A DNA stretch of 64,000 nucleotides from Nitrospinaceae bacterium (GCA_965223665.1 OZ245011.1:1824001-1888000); one strand, 5' to 3'; counted from the stretch's first letter, positions 19,922-30,300 are shown. A program made the numbers and translations. The notes: generated by a model from the letters alone, not told the origin.

Positions 19922-21742
19922 TTATAAATTACAGGTGTTGCAGACGGTGGCGAAGGGAATTTGTTGGATGATAGATATTCGCTTTTCTTTTTGAGTCAAG
20001 GTGGGAAACAAGTCTGCGGCTTTTTTCGTAAAACCTTTCCAATATAAATTTTGCAGACGCGCCCGCTTATAAAAATGTTCGTGTTTTCTATATTGAGGAT
20101 GTCGTTTTAGGATTTCGACTCTTTGCGGAGGCGCGGTATACCCGTATAAATAAAAAATGTCCATATACCGGTAACTCTTTCCAAATCTCCTTTGGGATTC
20201 GTCGGCAAACCGCATCGCTTCATCATATTTTCTGACTTCCACCAGGGCCGAAACCAGATTGCCGTAGTCATACCATTGAAAGCCATAAGCGTTCCATTCC
20301 TGAATGGAGAACCTGCTTTTCAAATGCGCCGCCATGACCTCATAAAATTCCTTAATGGTCAGCCTCAGTGATTTACGTTCCTTAGCGCTCGATTTTTTCA
20401 AAAGGGCATAGGTTTCCGCAATCAACTGAGGCAACTCTTTATAATACTGAACCGTCGACCCGACAGAACTCCTGGAGTTGGCACTTTCTATGATTAAGTC
20501 CAGCATGGACCGAAGAGGTTTTTTGCTGAAATACTTTTGAATGGTCTGGCGCCCCTTTGGAATATCGCCGATCGCCCCATAGGCTTTGACCAGACTGCGG
20601 GCGAGGATCGGCCGAATCAACGGGCTTGCCTTTTCAGTTTGATGTTTCAATTGCTCTACCATCTTTAAAACCACCTTATCCTGTTGAGCCTTTTTAAATA
20701 ACCTTATGAAAATCAGGTTATCCTCATTCGTTTTAGAGGTATGAACTCCGAAAATAAGGTTCATTATGATAGAGGCCGATTTGAGATCCTCATTTTCTAT
20801 GTATTGCAAAAACGCGGCCTCCAGCATTTTGCTTTTCCATTCCGATTTGTAATGTTTGGACTTTAAGTAGGAAGTGATCCAATCATTTTTTTCCGTGGCG
20901 GCCAGAGCCCTGCCCAATCTTCGGGAATAACTTTTTATGAGACCGGGAGAAGTTTTTGCGGCATCCACTACCAGGTTTAAAAACATCATGGCAGCTTCTT
21001 TATATCCTGCTTCTCCAAAATATTCTGTGACTGACAATAGATCACTGACATTCACCTTACCGTTTTTTAAATGCAATTTATTTTTGGTGTACTTCAACAA
21101 TCTTGGGTCAGGAGATTCACCCATTTGATGCAAAGCCCTTACCATTGAACCCACTTTATACGTAATTTTGGGCAACTGAAAATATTTCCTTTTGGCTTTT
21201 TCAAGCTCCGATTTCGCAAGGTCCCGCCGGTTCAGTCTCAATAGATTTTGCACATTGGAAGTATGGGAAGAAAACTGTTCCTGAATACTGGTTTGTTTTT
21301 CAGGTTTCATTATGGTGTTCACAATGCAGTCCGCGGTAGGAGACAGGTAGCAGTCCGATAACGGATCGGTTCCCTTTTGTTTTATCCAACTTCTGAGAGG
21401 TTTGCGTGGGTCCACCTTAATGACAACTAACACTCCCCCGCGGGTCACCACAATATTAAAAGGCTTATCTTTCTTTTTGCTACTAAGATGCGCTTTGACT
21501 TGATATGTAAACGCCGTAGGCGCATAGCCTATTTCTTTAATGTGGTCCCCTATGAGTAGTCCTGAAGATGCACCCAGACCGTTCACATCCAGGTCAGCAA
21601 TATAAGGGTCGACCCCTTGCTTGATTTGGATACCCAGTCTCACCTCTCCCGGTGGGGGAATGGTTTGTGCCAGCGCACTGGACGCTGCACCAATGAAAAA
21701 TGTGATCACTATGAAACATAAAGCGAGTTGAAGTGTTTTCAT
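19922..21742 (-). CDS. Secreted PDZ-domain + helical-repeat protein
   Basis: Start MKTLQL with signal peptide; 'LGIQI...GLLIGDHIKEIG...IVVTRGG' PDZ pattern; C-terminal CNTC. Confidence 0.7.
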   Translation of the reverse strand: MKTLQLALCFIVITFFIGAASSALAQTIPPPGEVRLGIQIKQGVDPYIADLDVNGLGASSGLLIGDHIKEIGYAPTAFTYQVKAHLSSKKKDKPFNIVVTRGGVLVVIKVDPRKPLRSWIKQKGTDPLSDCYLSPTADCIVNTIMKPEKQTSIQEQFSSHTSNVQNLLRLNRRDLAKSELEKAKRKYFQLPKITYKVGSMVRALHQMGESPDPRLLKYTKNKLHLKNGKVNVSDLLSVTEYFGEAGYKEAAMMFLNLVVDAAKTSPGLIKSYSRRLGRALAATEKNDWITSYLKSKHYKSEWKSKMLEAAFLQYIENEDLKSASIIMNLIFGVHTSKTNEDNLIFIRLFKKAQQDKVVLKMVEQLKHQTEKASPLIRPILARSLVKAYGAIGDIPKGRQTIQKYFSKKPLRSMLDLIIESANSRSSVGSTVQYYKELPQLIAETYALLKKSSAKERKSLRLTIKEFYEVMAAHLKSRFSIQEWNAYGFQWYDYGNLVSALVEVRKYDEAMRFADESQRRFGKSYRYMDIFYLYGYTAPPQRVEILKRHPQYRKHEHFYKRARLQNLYWKGFTKKAADLFPTLTQKEKRISIIQQIPFATVCNTCNL

Positions 21743-21801
21743 AAAATGACTCTCTGAATAATACGAACAATTATGGATAATTGACCCAGCCTTACTGACG
21801 T

Positions 21802-23157
21802 TTACCGATTGCCGTAATGGTTTTTGTAAACCCAGATGGCGTCCTTCAGGGTGCGAACGATTACATAGTCTCCCCCACTTATGGGATCCGTTTTTTTGAT
21901 GCATCGAACGAAAGAACAATCGCTTGCTCGAAGCTCTATTTTTCTACAAATCCGTTTCTTTTTTCTCCCGGGGGGAATGGAACTTGAAGAAAAAATGTCA
22001 GGAGCCCAAGCCGGGACCTTCTTGGTTTTTTGAACAACCTCTTCATACATTACCGGGTAAGACCAGTTCCATTCCGACCAACCCCATTCGCATTGATGAC
22101 TCCCTTCAAATCTCATCACAGCATAAAATTGCTGGCTGTCCGGGTACCAGTGGCCATGTTCTATATAATCATTGCGGAGAACGTGGCGGAATCCCCAGGG
22201 GTCAGATTTAAATTTTCTAAATCCTTTATACTCGTAGGAATCTTTATGTTTTTTGTACAGTTTAAATTGGATTATTTCATTCGACGATACGGAATAGTAT
22301 CCATCAATCGATTCGATTCTGGGTCCCTTAGGTTTGTTGTTCCTCTGCCAACTGTATTTTTGGGGTTGTGGTTTAGCAGTTTGACCTGTTCCTGGAGTGG
22401 CGGCGGGTTTCTGGGTCGTTGTGGTTTCTTTGGAAGATTGTTTTTCCGCTTCCAGTCGCTTCTTTCGTTTCTCCAGTTCCTTTTTTTCTTTTTCGGTCAG
22501 CGCCTCATCAATTTTTTTCTCAACAATTCCTTCCGGTTTAGAATTGGATTTTATAAAAGTACTTACTTTCTCGTTCTGAAAAATTGACTGAATGTTTTCT
22601 TTTAAATAGGTTAAATATTTTTCAGTCGGCAACGGATCTCTAGGCTTGGCAAAAACTTCTTTTAAAGCTTTCTTACTGGACGAGGGAAGGTAAAACTCCA
22701 GAGCCTGTCCATTCTTCTTGATAACAAACAAATGATTTTTGTGGGAAGCCGATTCCACTTCGTTTTTGGGAACAGAAATCATCTTCCCATCTTTTCGGAA
22801 TCGAATCGTTTCTCCCGGAACTCCTACCAGAACGAAATCGCTTTCTGGGATTCGGGACAGAATTCCCACACCTTCAAAATGAAAGGGAATGGATCCGCCA
22901 TTTTTATAAATAACGTTGGTAGAAATAAATTGTTGCGTCCCGTTTTGAGAATTCCAGGTGGCGGATCGAGGTTTGATGGATAGGCTGTTAAAGTTTCCGT
23001 CGTTATCCAATAAATGGTAATGACCGATGAGCGCGTCGATCTCCGTTTGAGAAAGCAGAGAATTTTTATAAACCGCAAGCCGGTCCGTAGTCACCAGGCA
23101 GGAAGCGAGCAGTGGCAACAATAACAGCAGGAAACCTGCACGAAAGTTATATTTCAT
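21802..23157 (-). CDS. Lipoprotein of unknown function
   Basis: LASC lipobox; long ORF with a charged linker. Confidence 0.75.
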   Translation of the reverse strand: MKYNFRAGFLLLLLPLLASCLVTTDRLAVYKNSLLSQTEIDALIGHYHLLDNDGNFNSLSIKPRSATWNSQNGTQQFISTNVIYKNGGSIPFHFEGVGILSRIPESDFVLVGVPGETIRFRKDGKMISVPKNEVESASHKNHLFVIKKNGQALEFYLPSSSKKALKEVFAKPRDPLPTEKYLTYLKENIQSIFQNEKVSTFIKSNSKPEGIVEKKIDEALTEKEKKELEKRKKRLEAEKQSSKETTTTQKPAATPGTGQTAKPQPQKYSWQRNNKPKGPRIESIDGYYSVSSNEIIQFKLYKKHKDSYEYKGFRKFKSDPWGFRHVLRNDYIEHGHWYPDSQQFYAVMRFEGSHQCEWGWSEWNWSYPVMYEEVVQKTKKVPAWAPDIFSSSSIPPGRKKKRICRKIELRASDCSFVRCIKKTDPISGGDYVIVRTLKDAIWVYKNHYGNR

Positions 23158-23307
23158 AGAAAGATATCAATTTCAAAGAAGTGATGATGTGTACGCACTT
23201 ATTTAACACTACGGAAAACCACTATGTCAAGAAGGACAATTTTTAATACAGATTAAAAACTCTTCCTTCCCGGAGACTGGCAACAAATTAGCAGAGTGTC
23301 TTTTAAA

Positions 23308-24216
23308 TTAAGAGGTGCTTTGAAAAAGCTCATTTAATCGAGCGTCTAATTCCTGGAAATTTTTGATGGGTTTTATTTTTTTGTTATCGATGAATGCAAT
23401 CAGGTTTTTGATGGCCTGCCCTCCAATCCAAACATCACAAATCGGCACCAGGTTCTTGGAAATTTCTGCCAGGTAGATTCTTCCATTGGAGTCGCTGACA
23501 GGAGCCGTAAAGGAAAGGATCACCACTTCCGGTTGCGTGCTTTGGCAAAATTGTATGAGATCTTCCGTAGGCAGGTTCGCCCCTAAAAAGATGGACTGAC
23601 ATCCCACACTAGTGGCATGAAAGGCAACCATTTGCGAACCGATTTCATGAAGCTCCCATGGCGGGCAGGCCAGCACCACTTTCGGTCCCTTCTCATTTGA
23701 CATCATGTTCATCACGGCAAACAATTTTTGTTTGACCTGCGCGGTCACATAATGTTCTGTCGCAATACTTAATTTCCCTTCAAACCATAATTCTCCGACA
23801 CGGATTTGCAAAGGAACCAGCACACGCTGAAACACGTCCGCAAATGGCAGAAGTGAAAAAATTTCATTCAGCTTTTTCTCAAAACTGATTCGATCCAGAG
23901 GAACCAGAGTCGCCTCCAGATCTTTAATCAGGGAATCCGTCACCGGAATTTCAACGGAGGGCTCGACGGTGGTTTCCTGGTTCATTCGGCGGATCAGTTC
24001 TTCTCGCCCCAGTATTGCCAAATCCCCAATGGTTTGACCCTTCTGCGTTTCCTGCGCTAAATAAATCAACAGGTTAACGTCCTCTTCTGAGTAAATTCGA
24101 TATCGATTCGGCCCTCGCTCCGGAGACACCAAACGGTAGCGCTTTTCCCAAACCCTCAACACCTCTTTCGACAACCCCGTTATTTTTGAAACCTGCTTGA
24201 TTCGATAGGTCTTCAT
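23308..24216 (-). CDS. CarH/LitR-type MerR-family regulator with B12-binding domain
   Basis: MerR HTH (LRVWEKRY); W-x9-EH (WFEGKLSIATEH); ExHxxG (ELHEIG); LGANLP and WIGG Rossmann motifs. Confidence 0.9.
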   Translation of the reverse strand: MKTYRIKQVSKITGLSKEVLRVWEKRYRLVSPERGPNRYRIYSEEDVNLLIYLAQETQKGQTIGDLAILGREELIRRMNQETTVEPSVEIPVTDSLIKDLEATLVPLDRISFEKKLNEIFSLLPFADVFQRVLVPLQIRVGELWFEGKLSIATEHYVTAQVKQKLFAVMNMMSNEKGPKVVLACPPWELHEIGSQMVAFHATSVGCQSIFLGANLPTEDLIQFCQSTQPEVVILSFTAPVSDSNGRIYLAEISKNLVPICDVWIGGQAIKNLIAFIDNKKIKPIKNFQELDARLNELFQSTS

Positions 24217-24236
24217 ACTCCAAATCCTACCAATCT

Positions 24237-24325
24237 TGTCCAATGTTTGTCAATTCTTTTACAAAAAACATTTGACAAACTATAGACATATTGTCTATAA
24301 CTGTGAACATAACATTAAACAAACA
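24237..24325. promoter_or_regulatory. Divergent sigma70 promoters overlapping CarH-type operator repeats
   Basis: Plus strand TTGACA(24272)-N18-TATAAC(24296); TnnACA repeats 11 bp apart on each strand; palindrome TATAGACA-TAT-TGTCTATA at 24281..24299. Confidence 0.75.
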
Positions 24326-24349
24326 TTGTAATGGATAAGGAGAAATACA

Positions 24350-25399
24350 ATGAATATGGGAAAAACAATTAAAACCTTGATATCGGCCGTGGCGGTCACC
24401 AGTCTATTTGTGATTCCTAACGCCTGGTCCAAAACGCAAATTCCGGAAGACATGGCCTTAATTCCGGGAGGCCCTTTCCTAATGGGTGTAGACAAAAAAG
24501 TAAACCGCGACACCGAAAAAATGTCCAAACGCCAGCAACTCAGATACGCCGTTTCTAAAGAAGCGTTTCATGATGAGGGCCCGGCCCACAATGTGATTTT
24601 AGATCCCTACTTTTTAGATAAGCATGAAGTGTCTAATAAAAAGTATGGGGAATTTATGAAAGCCACCGGTCACCCCGCTCCTGCGTATTGGGACGACCAT
24701 CGTCGTAATAAACCTCAACAACCTGTCAGCGGGGTGAACTGGCACGATGCCAATGCCTATTGCAGTTGGGACAACAAACGTTTACCTACGGAAGCGGAAT
24801 GGGAAAAAGCGGCTCGGGGTCCGGAGGGGTTTATGTACCCCTGGGGAAATGATTTGGACCCCACCAAAGCCAATTTTGGCCGCAAGCAAGAATTCACCGC
24901 TAATATCGATGCCTACCCGGACGGGAAAAGCCCTTATGGAATTTATAACATGGCCGGAAATGTTTTCGAGTGGGTACAGGATTGGTATGACCCGAACTAC
25001 TATAAAACTTCTACCGTCACAGTAAACCCAACGGGTCCTAAAGAAGGGGTTTTCTTAAGCGCCACCGGAACGTATGTCGACAGAATTGCTACCGGCAAAA
25101 AACGGGTGATTCGTGGCGGGTCCTGGTATGCCCCAGCCCAAAGCGTCACCAACACACATCGTTTTTGGAACGATCCCATGAACAACAGTTACGGTGTGGG
25201 CTTGGGATTCCGTTGCGCGCGTTCGGTGGAAGACAGTGCCATGCTGCAAGCGCGTACGTTTTACATGGACGCTCTCGTGCACATGGGTGCTGAAAAATAT
25301 CAACAAGCGATGACTGCTATTGATAAAGCCTTAACCCTTGATGCTTCCAATGCGGAATATCAGCAAGTGAAAAAAATGATTACCAAACAAATGCAGTAA
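24350..25399 (+). CDS. Secreted FGE-sulfatase (SUMF1/EgtB/PvdO) domain protein with C-terminal TPR
   Basis: IPGGPFLMG, RLPTEAEWEKAARG, NMAGNVFEW, RGGSW and GFRCA motifs. Confidence 0.9.
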   Translation: MNMGKTIKTLISAVAVTSLFVIPNAWSKTQIPEDMALIPGGPFLMGVDKKVNRDTEKMSKRQQLRYAVSKEAFHDEGPAHNVILDPYFLDKHEVSNKKYGEFMKATGHPAPAYWDDHRRNKPQQPVSGVNWHDANAYCSWDNKRLPTEAEWEKAARGPEGFMYPWGNDLDPTKANFGRKQEFTANIDAYPDGKSPYGIYNMAGNVFEWVQDWYDPNYYKTSTVTVNPTGPKEGVFLSATGTYVDRIATGKKRVIRGGSWYAPAQSVTNTHRFWNDPMNNSYGVGLGFRCARSVEDSAMLQARTFYMDALVHMGAEKYQQAMTAIDKALTLDASNAEYQQVKKMITKQMQ

Positions 25400-25405
25400 G
25401 TTTTT

Positions 25406-25445
25406 GCGGCCCCTGGGGAAGGGCAGCGTCCCTTCCCGTCGGCCG
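25406..25445 (+). other. Intra-operon GC stem-loop
   Basis: GGGAAGGG-N6-CCCTTCCC with flanking CGGCC/GGCCG; no U-tract. Confidence 0.4.
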
Positions 25446-25467
25446 TAATAACAACAGAAAACAAGGA

Positions 25468-25857
25468 ATGGAATTCATGAAAGCGATCACTCATTTACTC
25501 AAACCAATATCTACATTGCAAAAATTTCTTTTTTGTACTGCATTCGTTCTTTCATTCCCGGTGGCGAGTCTGGCGGAAGACTTACAAAATGAAATGCTTT
25601 TTCAGCAAACTTCTGAAGCACGGTTGAAAGTGGAACACGCCTGGGAGGCCTACCATCACGCGGCACTCGGCGGCACTTTGGTATCACCGGCCATACAAAC
25701 CGAGTTAGAGACCCATCTCCATCAATCGCGGGCGTTGTTGGCCCAGGCTTATGATGCCGCGGACCATGGAAAGGCACAAGTCGTCGAAAAGTTAACTCGG
25801 GAAATTACGAAAATCACTCAGAAAGTAATTTCTGAAAGTCGGGAGACCAAAAAATGA
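25468..25857 (+). CDS. Secreted helical hypothetical protein, His-rich
   Basis: Signal-peptide-like N-terminus; overlaps the next gene (ATGA). Confidence 0.75.
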   Translation: MEFMKAITHLLKPISTLQKFLFCTAFVLSFPVASLAEDLQNEMLFQQTSEARLKVEHAWEAYHHAALGGTLVSPAIQTELETHLHQSRALLAQAYDAADHGKAQVVEKLTREITKITQKVISESRETKK

Positions 25858-26669
25858 AATTACTGACAAAATTTTTACTGGCGCACTTTTTTATTTATCT
25901 GGTTTTTGTGACTAATGGGTTTTCCCTTCACGAAGAACCGGATTTATCTTCTAAAAAGAAACGCGATTCAGTCACTATGATTGTTATTCCTGCAGGCGAA
26001 TTTTTAATGGGCAGTAAATCAGGGGAAGGCCGTGCGGATGAACGACCGCAACGCAAGGTGAAGTTGGATGCGTATGCCATCGATATTCACGAAGTCACCA
26101 ACTCCCGTTACCTGAACTTCATACACAGTACCGGGCGTAAAGAGCCCCCCAATCCTTACAGCAATAAATTGTTATCAGAAGAAACTGGCACCAGCGAGTT
26201 GCCCGTAGTTCAAATCACCTGGTACGACGCTGTGGACTACTGCCGTTGGGCGGGCAAGCGATTACCCACAGAGGCGGAATGGGAAAAAGCCGCACGTGGG
26301 AATCATGGGGCCAAATTTCCCTGGGGTTCCGATGCGCCTCAGCGGGAGTGGGTCAATTTCGAACGCAATTGGAACGAAACGAAAACTCTGTGGCCTGTGG
26401 GTTCCTCACCGCAGACGGTATCTCCTTATGGAGTCCATGATATGGCAGGCAACGTTCGCGAGTGGGTTCAGGATTGGTATGCCGTGGATTTTTATATGAA
26501 CGGTCCCCACATCAATCCCCACGGGCCACAACATGGGATTTTAAAAGTCATTAAAGGTGGATCCTGGCACAGTTATGAATCCGACATTCGAGCGGCTTCC
26601 CGAGGCAAGGGAGGGTTTGCCCTCAAAACTGATGGAATTGGATTTCGCTGCGCTCAGTCTATTTTATAA
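25854..26669 (+). CDS. Secreted FGE-sulfatase domain protein
   Basis: IPAGEFLMG, RLPTEAEWEKAARG, DMAGNVREW, KGGSW and GFRCA motifs. Confidence 0.9.
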   Translation: MKLLTKFLLAHFFIYLVFVTNGFSLHEEPDLSSKKKRDSVTMIVIPAGEFLMGSKSGEGRADERPQRKVKLDAYAIDIHEVTNSRYLNFIHSTGRKEPPNPYSNKLLSEETGTSELPVVQITWYDAVDYCRWAGKRLPTEAEWEKAARGNHGAKFPWGSDAPQREWVNFERNWNETKTLWPVGSSPQTVSPYGVHDMAGNVREWVQDWYAVDFYMNGPHINPHGPQHGILKVIKGGSWHSYESDIRAASRGKGGFALKTDGIGFRCAQSIL

Positions 26670-26685
26670 AATGGAGGAAAGAATC

Positions 26686-27033
26686 ATGAGTCCTTTAAAG
26701 TTTATACCTATACTTTTTGCACTACAATTTGTATTCACGGCTTGCGCTGTGGAACCCAAAATTGAAGTTCCCGAAGCTGTCCAGGTGGGACAAAAACATT
26801 ATCATCGCGTTTGCGGCAACTGTCATGGGCCGGATGGGATGGGAGGCAACAGAGCGCCGAAATTAACACAAAAGTCTTTTACTTTGGAAAACTATCCCGA
26901 TGAAAAATTAGTTGAAACCATTTTGAACGGCTCCAGTTCGGGTGCCATGCCGGCACAAAAGAGTCGTATTTCTAAGCAAGAAATTCAGGAGCTTGTTAAA
27001 TATTTAAGGTATATGCAAAACACCGTCAGTTGA
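26686..27033 (+). CDS. Monoheme cytochrome c lipoprotein
   Basis: GGAGG RBS; FTAC lipobox; CGNCH with distal MP. Confidence 0.9.
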   Translation: MSPLKFIPILFALQFVFTACAVEPKIEVPEAVQVGQKHYHRVCGNCHGPDGMGGNRAPKLTQKSFTLENYPDEKLVETILNGSSSGAMPAQKSRISKQEIQELVKYLRYMQNTVS

Positions 27034-27164
27034 ACAGGATCGACTGAATTAAAGCGTTAAAATGACAGAATCCTGTCCTGAATTGATTAGATATTTTATG
27101 GTGTTCCCGAGCAAAACAAGGTGATCTGAAAATGTTAAAATAAGTTTTTACTGTGGAGTTTGAG

Positions 27165-27431
27165 ATGAAACCAATGAGAGTCACCCTAATATTGCTGGTT
27201 GCTTTGGTTTTTGCAATTACCGGTTGTTTTCAGGAAAAAAATTATTCGGATTACAACGATCTCAAGCAAAAAGGAGAACCGACTTTCCAGAAAGACTGGG
27301 TCGCGTGTCACCGCATGTCCCGAGAAAATGCCAAACCCAGCGAAGGCAGTGAGGCGGCGGGACGAACCGCGCTGCGCCAGCAGGCCCTCTTTAAAAAATG
27401 TATGGAAGGGAAATTTTGGGAATTAAAATGA
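27165..27431 (+). CDS. Small lipoprotein
   Basis: ITGC lipobox; 'FQKDWVAC...FKKCMEGKFW' two-Cys pattern. Confidence 0.7.
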   Translation: MKPMRVTLILLVALVFAITGCFQEKNYSDYNDLKQKGEPTFQKDWVACHRMSRENAKPSEGSEAAGRTALRQQALFKKCMEGKFWELK

Positions 27432-27931
27432 AAAATAAAATTTTTATTTTCAGATCTATCGGTTTTAAATTTCTCCTTACGGTACATGCGTTCCTATTCA
27501 TCTTTGTGGTTTTAGCCTTCGGAGTTGAACGCGGAGGGAGTGCTGAGGAAACTCCCTTGGCACTTCCCAAAAGCGAAGGATCCAAAAGCTTTGATATGGA
27601 AATCAACCAGATCAATCGTCAGGGTTTGAAATTGTTTAAGCAAAACAACTTTAACGAAGCTGTCTCGCAGTTTGACAAGGCGTTAAACCTGGCAATATCA
27701 TTACGCGATCCGGCTCGTGGCATTTTGCATTACAACCTGGCTTTAACTTTACACCATGCGGGAAACCATAAAGAGGCGTTGGAACAATTTTATGAAGCAC
27801 GCCGCTGGGCCCGAGGCTATAAGAAAATTTTAAATTCAAAATTATTTAAAATGCATGAATGTGGGCTCAACCCGAGTGTCACCTGTGAAACCCCAGTTCC
27901 TTTGGAACTCAATATAGAAGGGTCTCATTAA
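27428..27931 (+). CDS. TPR protein
   Basis: N-terminal TM/signal; 'NFNEAVSQFDKAL...HYNLALTL...EALEQF'. Confidence 0.75.
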   Translation: MKNKIFIFRSIGFKFLLTVHAFLFIFVVLAFGVERGGSAEETPLALPKSEGSKSFDMEINQINRQGLKLFKQNNFNEAVSQFDKALNLAISLRDPARGILHYNLALTLHHAGNHKEALEQFYEARRWARGYKKILNSKLFKMHECGLNPSVTCETPVPLELNIEGSH

Positions 27932-27935
27932 TCCA

Positions 27936-28550
27936 ATGAAAATTACCAAAAAACTTTTTTGCATTGCCCTGATAGGCTGGATAGCCCTGACGGGAAGTGC
28001 CGTTGCTGTTCAAGCTGAATCGGGAACCGATCCGTTTACGTTAGGTTATAAAGCTTATTTGATCAAAGACTATAAAACAGCACTCCAACATTGGCAGCCT
28101 CTCGCAAAGGCGGGAAACGCAGAAGCACAATATCAATTGGGCATGATGTATTACAACGGACAAGGTGTTCCGGTCGATTATGTTTCTGCTTCGAAATTCT
28201 TTCGCGCCAGTGCTAACCAGGGGGATGCGGGAGCGCAGTATTTAATAGGAGAGATGCGTCTTAAGGGAATGGGTGTGGCGCAGAATGCACGCCTTGCCGG
28301 AGACTGGTTTAGAAAAGCGGCGCAGCAGGATTATCCTGACGCGCAATATGAATTGGGAGACTGGTATTTGGCCGGTAAAGACGGTGAACCTGATTTTGTA
28401 AAAGCTTATGTCTGGTTTTCACTTGCCGAAACAAACGGAATTAAGATTGAAGATGCGAAACGTAAAACAATTCTCAATGCATTAAGTGAACCGGAAATCG
28501 AGATGGCTCAGCAACTGGCCGACCAGTGGTGGCAGCGTTGGGGGCATTAG
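27936..28550 (+). CDS. Sel1-repeat secreted protein
   Basis: Repeated 'GNAEAQYQLGMMYYNGQGV' Sel1 motifs; signal peptide. Confidence 0.9.
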   Translation: MKITKKLFCIALIGWIALTGSAVAVQAESGTDPFTLGYKAYLIKDYKTALQHWQPLAKAGNAEAQYQLGMMYYNGQGVPVDYVSASKFFRASANQGDAGAQYLIGEMRLKGMGVAQNARLAGDWFRKAAQQDYPDAQYELGDWYLAGKDGEPDFVKAYVWFSLAETNGIKIEDAKRKTILNALSEPEIEMAQQLADQWWQRWGH

Positions 28551-28731
28551 ACTTATTTCCGGTAAAACTTTTGCGTTTTGAATCTGGTTTTTAAGGATAT
28601 AATCGCATTAAGTACCCATTGCCTTTTGTTTCTTAATGTTTGCAAAAGAAACTTCTGCCTCTGGTTTTTTCATTTATGAGTTCATTTCGGTGGATTACAA
28701 TCAAAACTTATTAATATGAAAGGATAAATTC

Positions 28732-29085
28732 ATGCAGCTCATTCTAAAATTAAAAGCATTCATTCTAATTGTTTTTCTTATTCTTCCCAGCTTATCCTTT
28801 TCAGGTTCTGAAGGAAAAATCATTGATAATGACGGTTCCAAATTGCGTATCATTTCACCTGAAAATGGAACCATTGTAGGAGACACCGTAGAGATTCTTT
28901 ATGAACTCCAAAAAGGAACCCAGGCGGATCATGTTCATGCTTATGTGGATGGAAAATATCAAAAAGGGTTTAAAGGTATCTTGAATGGCCTTTCCAAAGG
29001 TCGACATGAAATTGTCCTCAAAGTTGCAAACTCTGACCACGATATTATTGCCGTATCTGCAAAGACAATAGTTGAGGTTAGATAG
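28732..29085 (+). CDS. Small secreted Ig-like protein with conserved His residues
   Basis: Signal peptide; 'IISPENG...DHVHAYVDG...GLSKGRHEI...SDH'. Confidence 0.7.
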   Translation: MQLILKLKAFILIVFLILPSLSFSGSEGKIIDNDGSKLRIISPENGTIVGDTVEILYELQKGTQADHVHAYVDGKYQKGFKGILNGLSKGRHEIVLKVANSDHDIIAVSAKTIVEVR

Positions 29086-29298
29086 TTATATTCTAGGCAT
29101 TTTTAGCCGGGTTTGAAATTGGGTCTTAATCTCAATTGTGCTGTAATTTTTCATTCTGCTTTAGGACTAAATGGGAAACTTTGGGGAGGGGTTTTGTATC
29201 TAATATATAAGCGGGTATTTGAACTGGAAACGCTTTGAATCAAATACCTTGCAAGAGGAGGGTCGTTATTTCTTAAGTCTATTTTAAGGAGAAATATC

Positions 29299-29703
29299 AT
29301 GAGCAAAGAATATTTTCCCTCTTACTTTAAGAAAGATTTGAAATCTTCTCAAACTGCAACTCAAAAAGTATTCAATAATATCTCCACTTTAACAAGCACC
29401 TCAGTAAATTTTTACCAAAGATCCAGAAACAAATTATTTATAACGCTGGGGATTTTAGTATTTATTTTCCTGAGTGGATGTGCCGGTTCTTCGACTTTTT
29501 ACGCAAATAATGGAGATGACTTTTATGCAAGAAAAGCCGAGCGGGAAGCCTATTGCAGAGAATTTTCCCATCAACTTCATCCGGCGTATCCCACTCGAAG
29601 AGGTGTAAAAACTAATTTCTGGTTCACCAGAGATTACGACTTATGTTTAGCAGGACATGAGAGACAAGCGGAGAGATTGAATCGAGAATTGTCGATTAAT
29701 TAA
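29299..29703 (+). CDS. Hypothetical membrane/lipoprotein
   Basis: AAGGAG RBS; internal LSGC lipobox-like segment. Confidence 0.55.
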   Translation: MSKEYFPSYFKKDLKSSQTATQKVFNNISTLTSTSVNFYQRSRNKLFITLGILVFIFLSGCAGSSTFYANNGDDFYARKAEREAYCREFSHQLHPAYPTRRGVKTNFWFTRDYDLCLAGHERQAERLNRELSIN

Positions 29704-29814
29704 TATGTAATGAAATAGATTTTCTAAGATCCCAGTTCAATCTTACATTGAGAAAACACTGGATTGGCGGGGTGTTATCGCTTACTTTTTGGCAAGCGCT
29801 CTTAACATACAGGA

Positions 29815-30300
29815 ATGAATATTTTTGTTTTAGATTTAAATATAAATCGGTGTGCCCGCTATCATTGCGATAAACATGTGGTGAAAATGGTTTTAGAATC
29901 AGCACAAATGCTCAGTGCCGCATTTCGAATCAATGGAGTGGATGCGGGGTATAAATTGACGCATAAAAATCATCCCTGTACCCAGTGGGCCTGCGCTTCT
30001 CTCTCCAATTGGAACTGGTTACGGGAACTGGCCAAAGAACTGAATGAAGAGTTTAAGTTTCGTTTTAATAAAAATGAGAATCACATGTCCTGGGATTTGA
30101 TAAACTCCCTGCCCCTTCCTCCTATTAAGGATTTAGGATTGTTCCCTTTCGCTCAAGCCATGCCGGAGCAATATAAAAATAAAAATCCTGTTAAAGCCTA
30201 CCGTAATTTTTACATCGGTGAAAAACACAAACTGTTTCAATGGACCAAAAGAAAACCGCCTCGTTGGATTCCTAATCTTTCCATTAAAAAAAGTTCTTAA
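29815..30300 (+). CDS. Pyrimidine dimer DNA glycosylase/endonuclease V family protein
   Basis: MNIFVLD...CARYHCDKHVVKMVLESAQML, THKNHPCTQW and FAQAMP...YRNFY motifs. Confidence 0.8.
   Translation: MNIFVLDLNINRCARYHCDKHVVKMVLESAQMLSAAFRINGVDAGYKLTHKNHPCTQWACASLSNWNWLRELAKELNEEFKFRFNKNENHMSWDLINSLPLPPIKDLGLFPFAQAMPEQYKNKNPVKAYRNFYIGEKHKLFQWTKRKPPRWIPNLSIKKSS

Noticed and set aside
24350-26669. True formylglycine-generating enzyme or EgtB
   Set aside because: No catalytic CxxxxC motif after RGGS and no DinB-like domain; only the fold is supported
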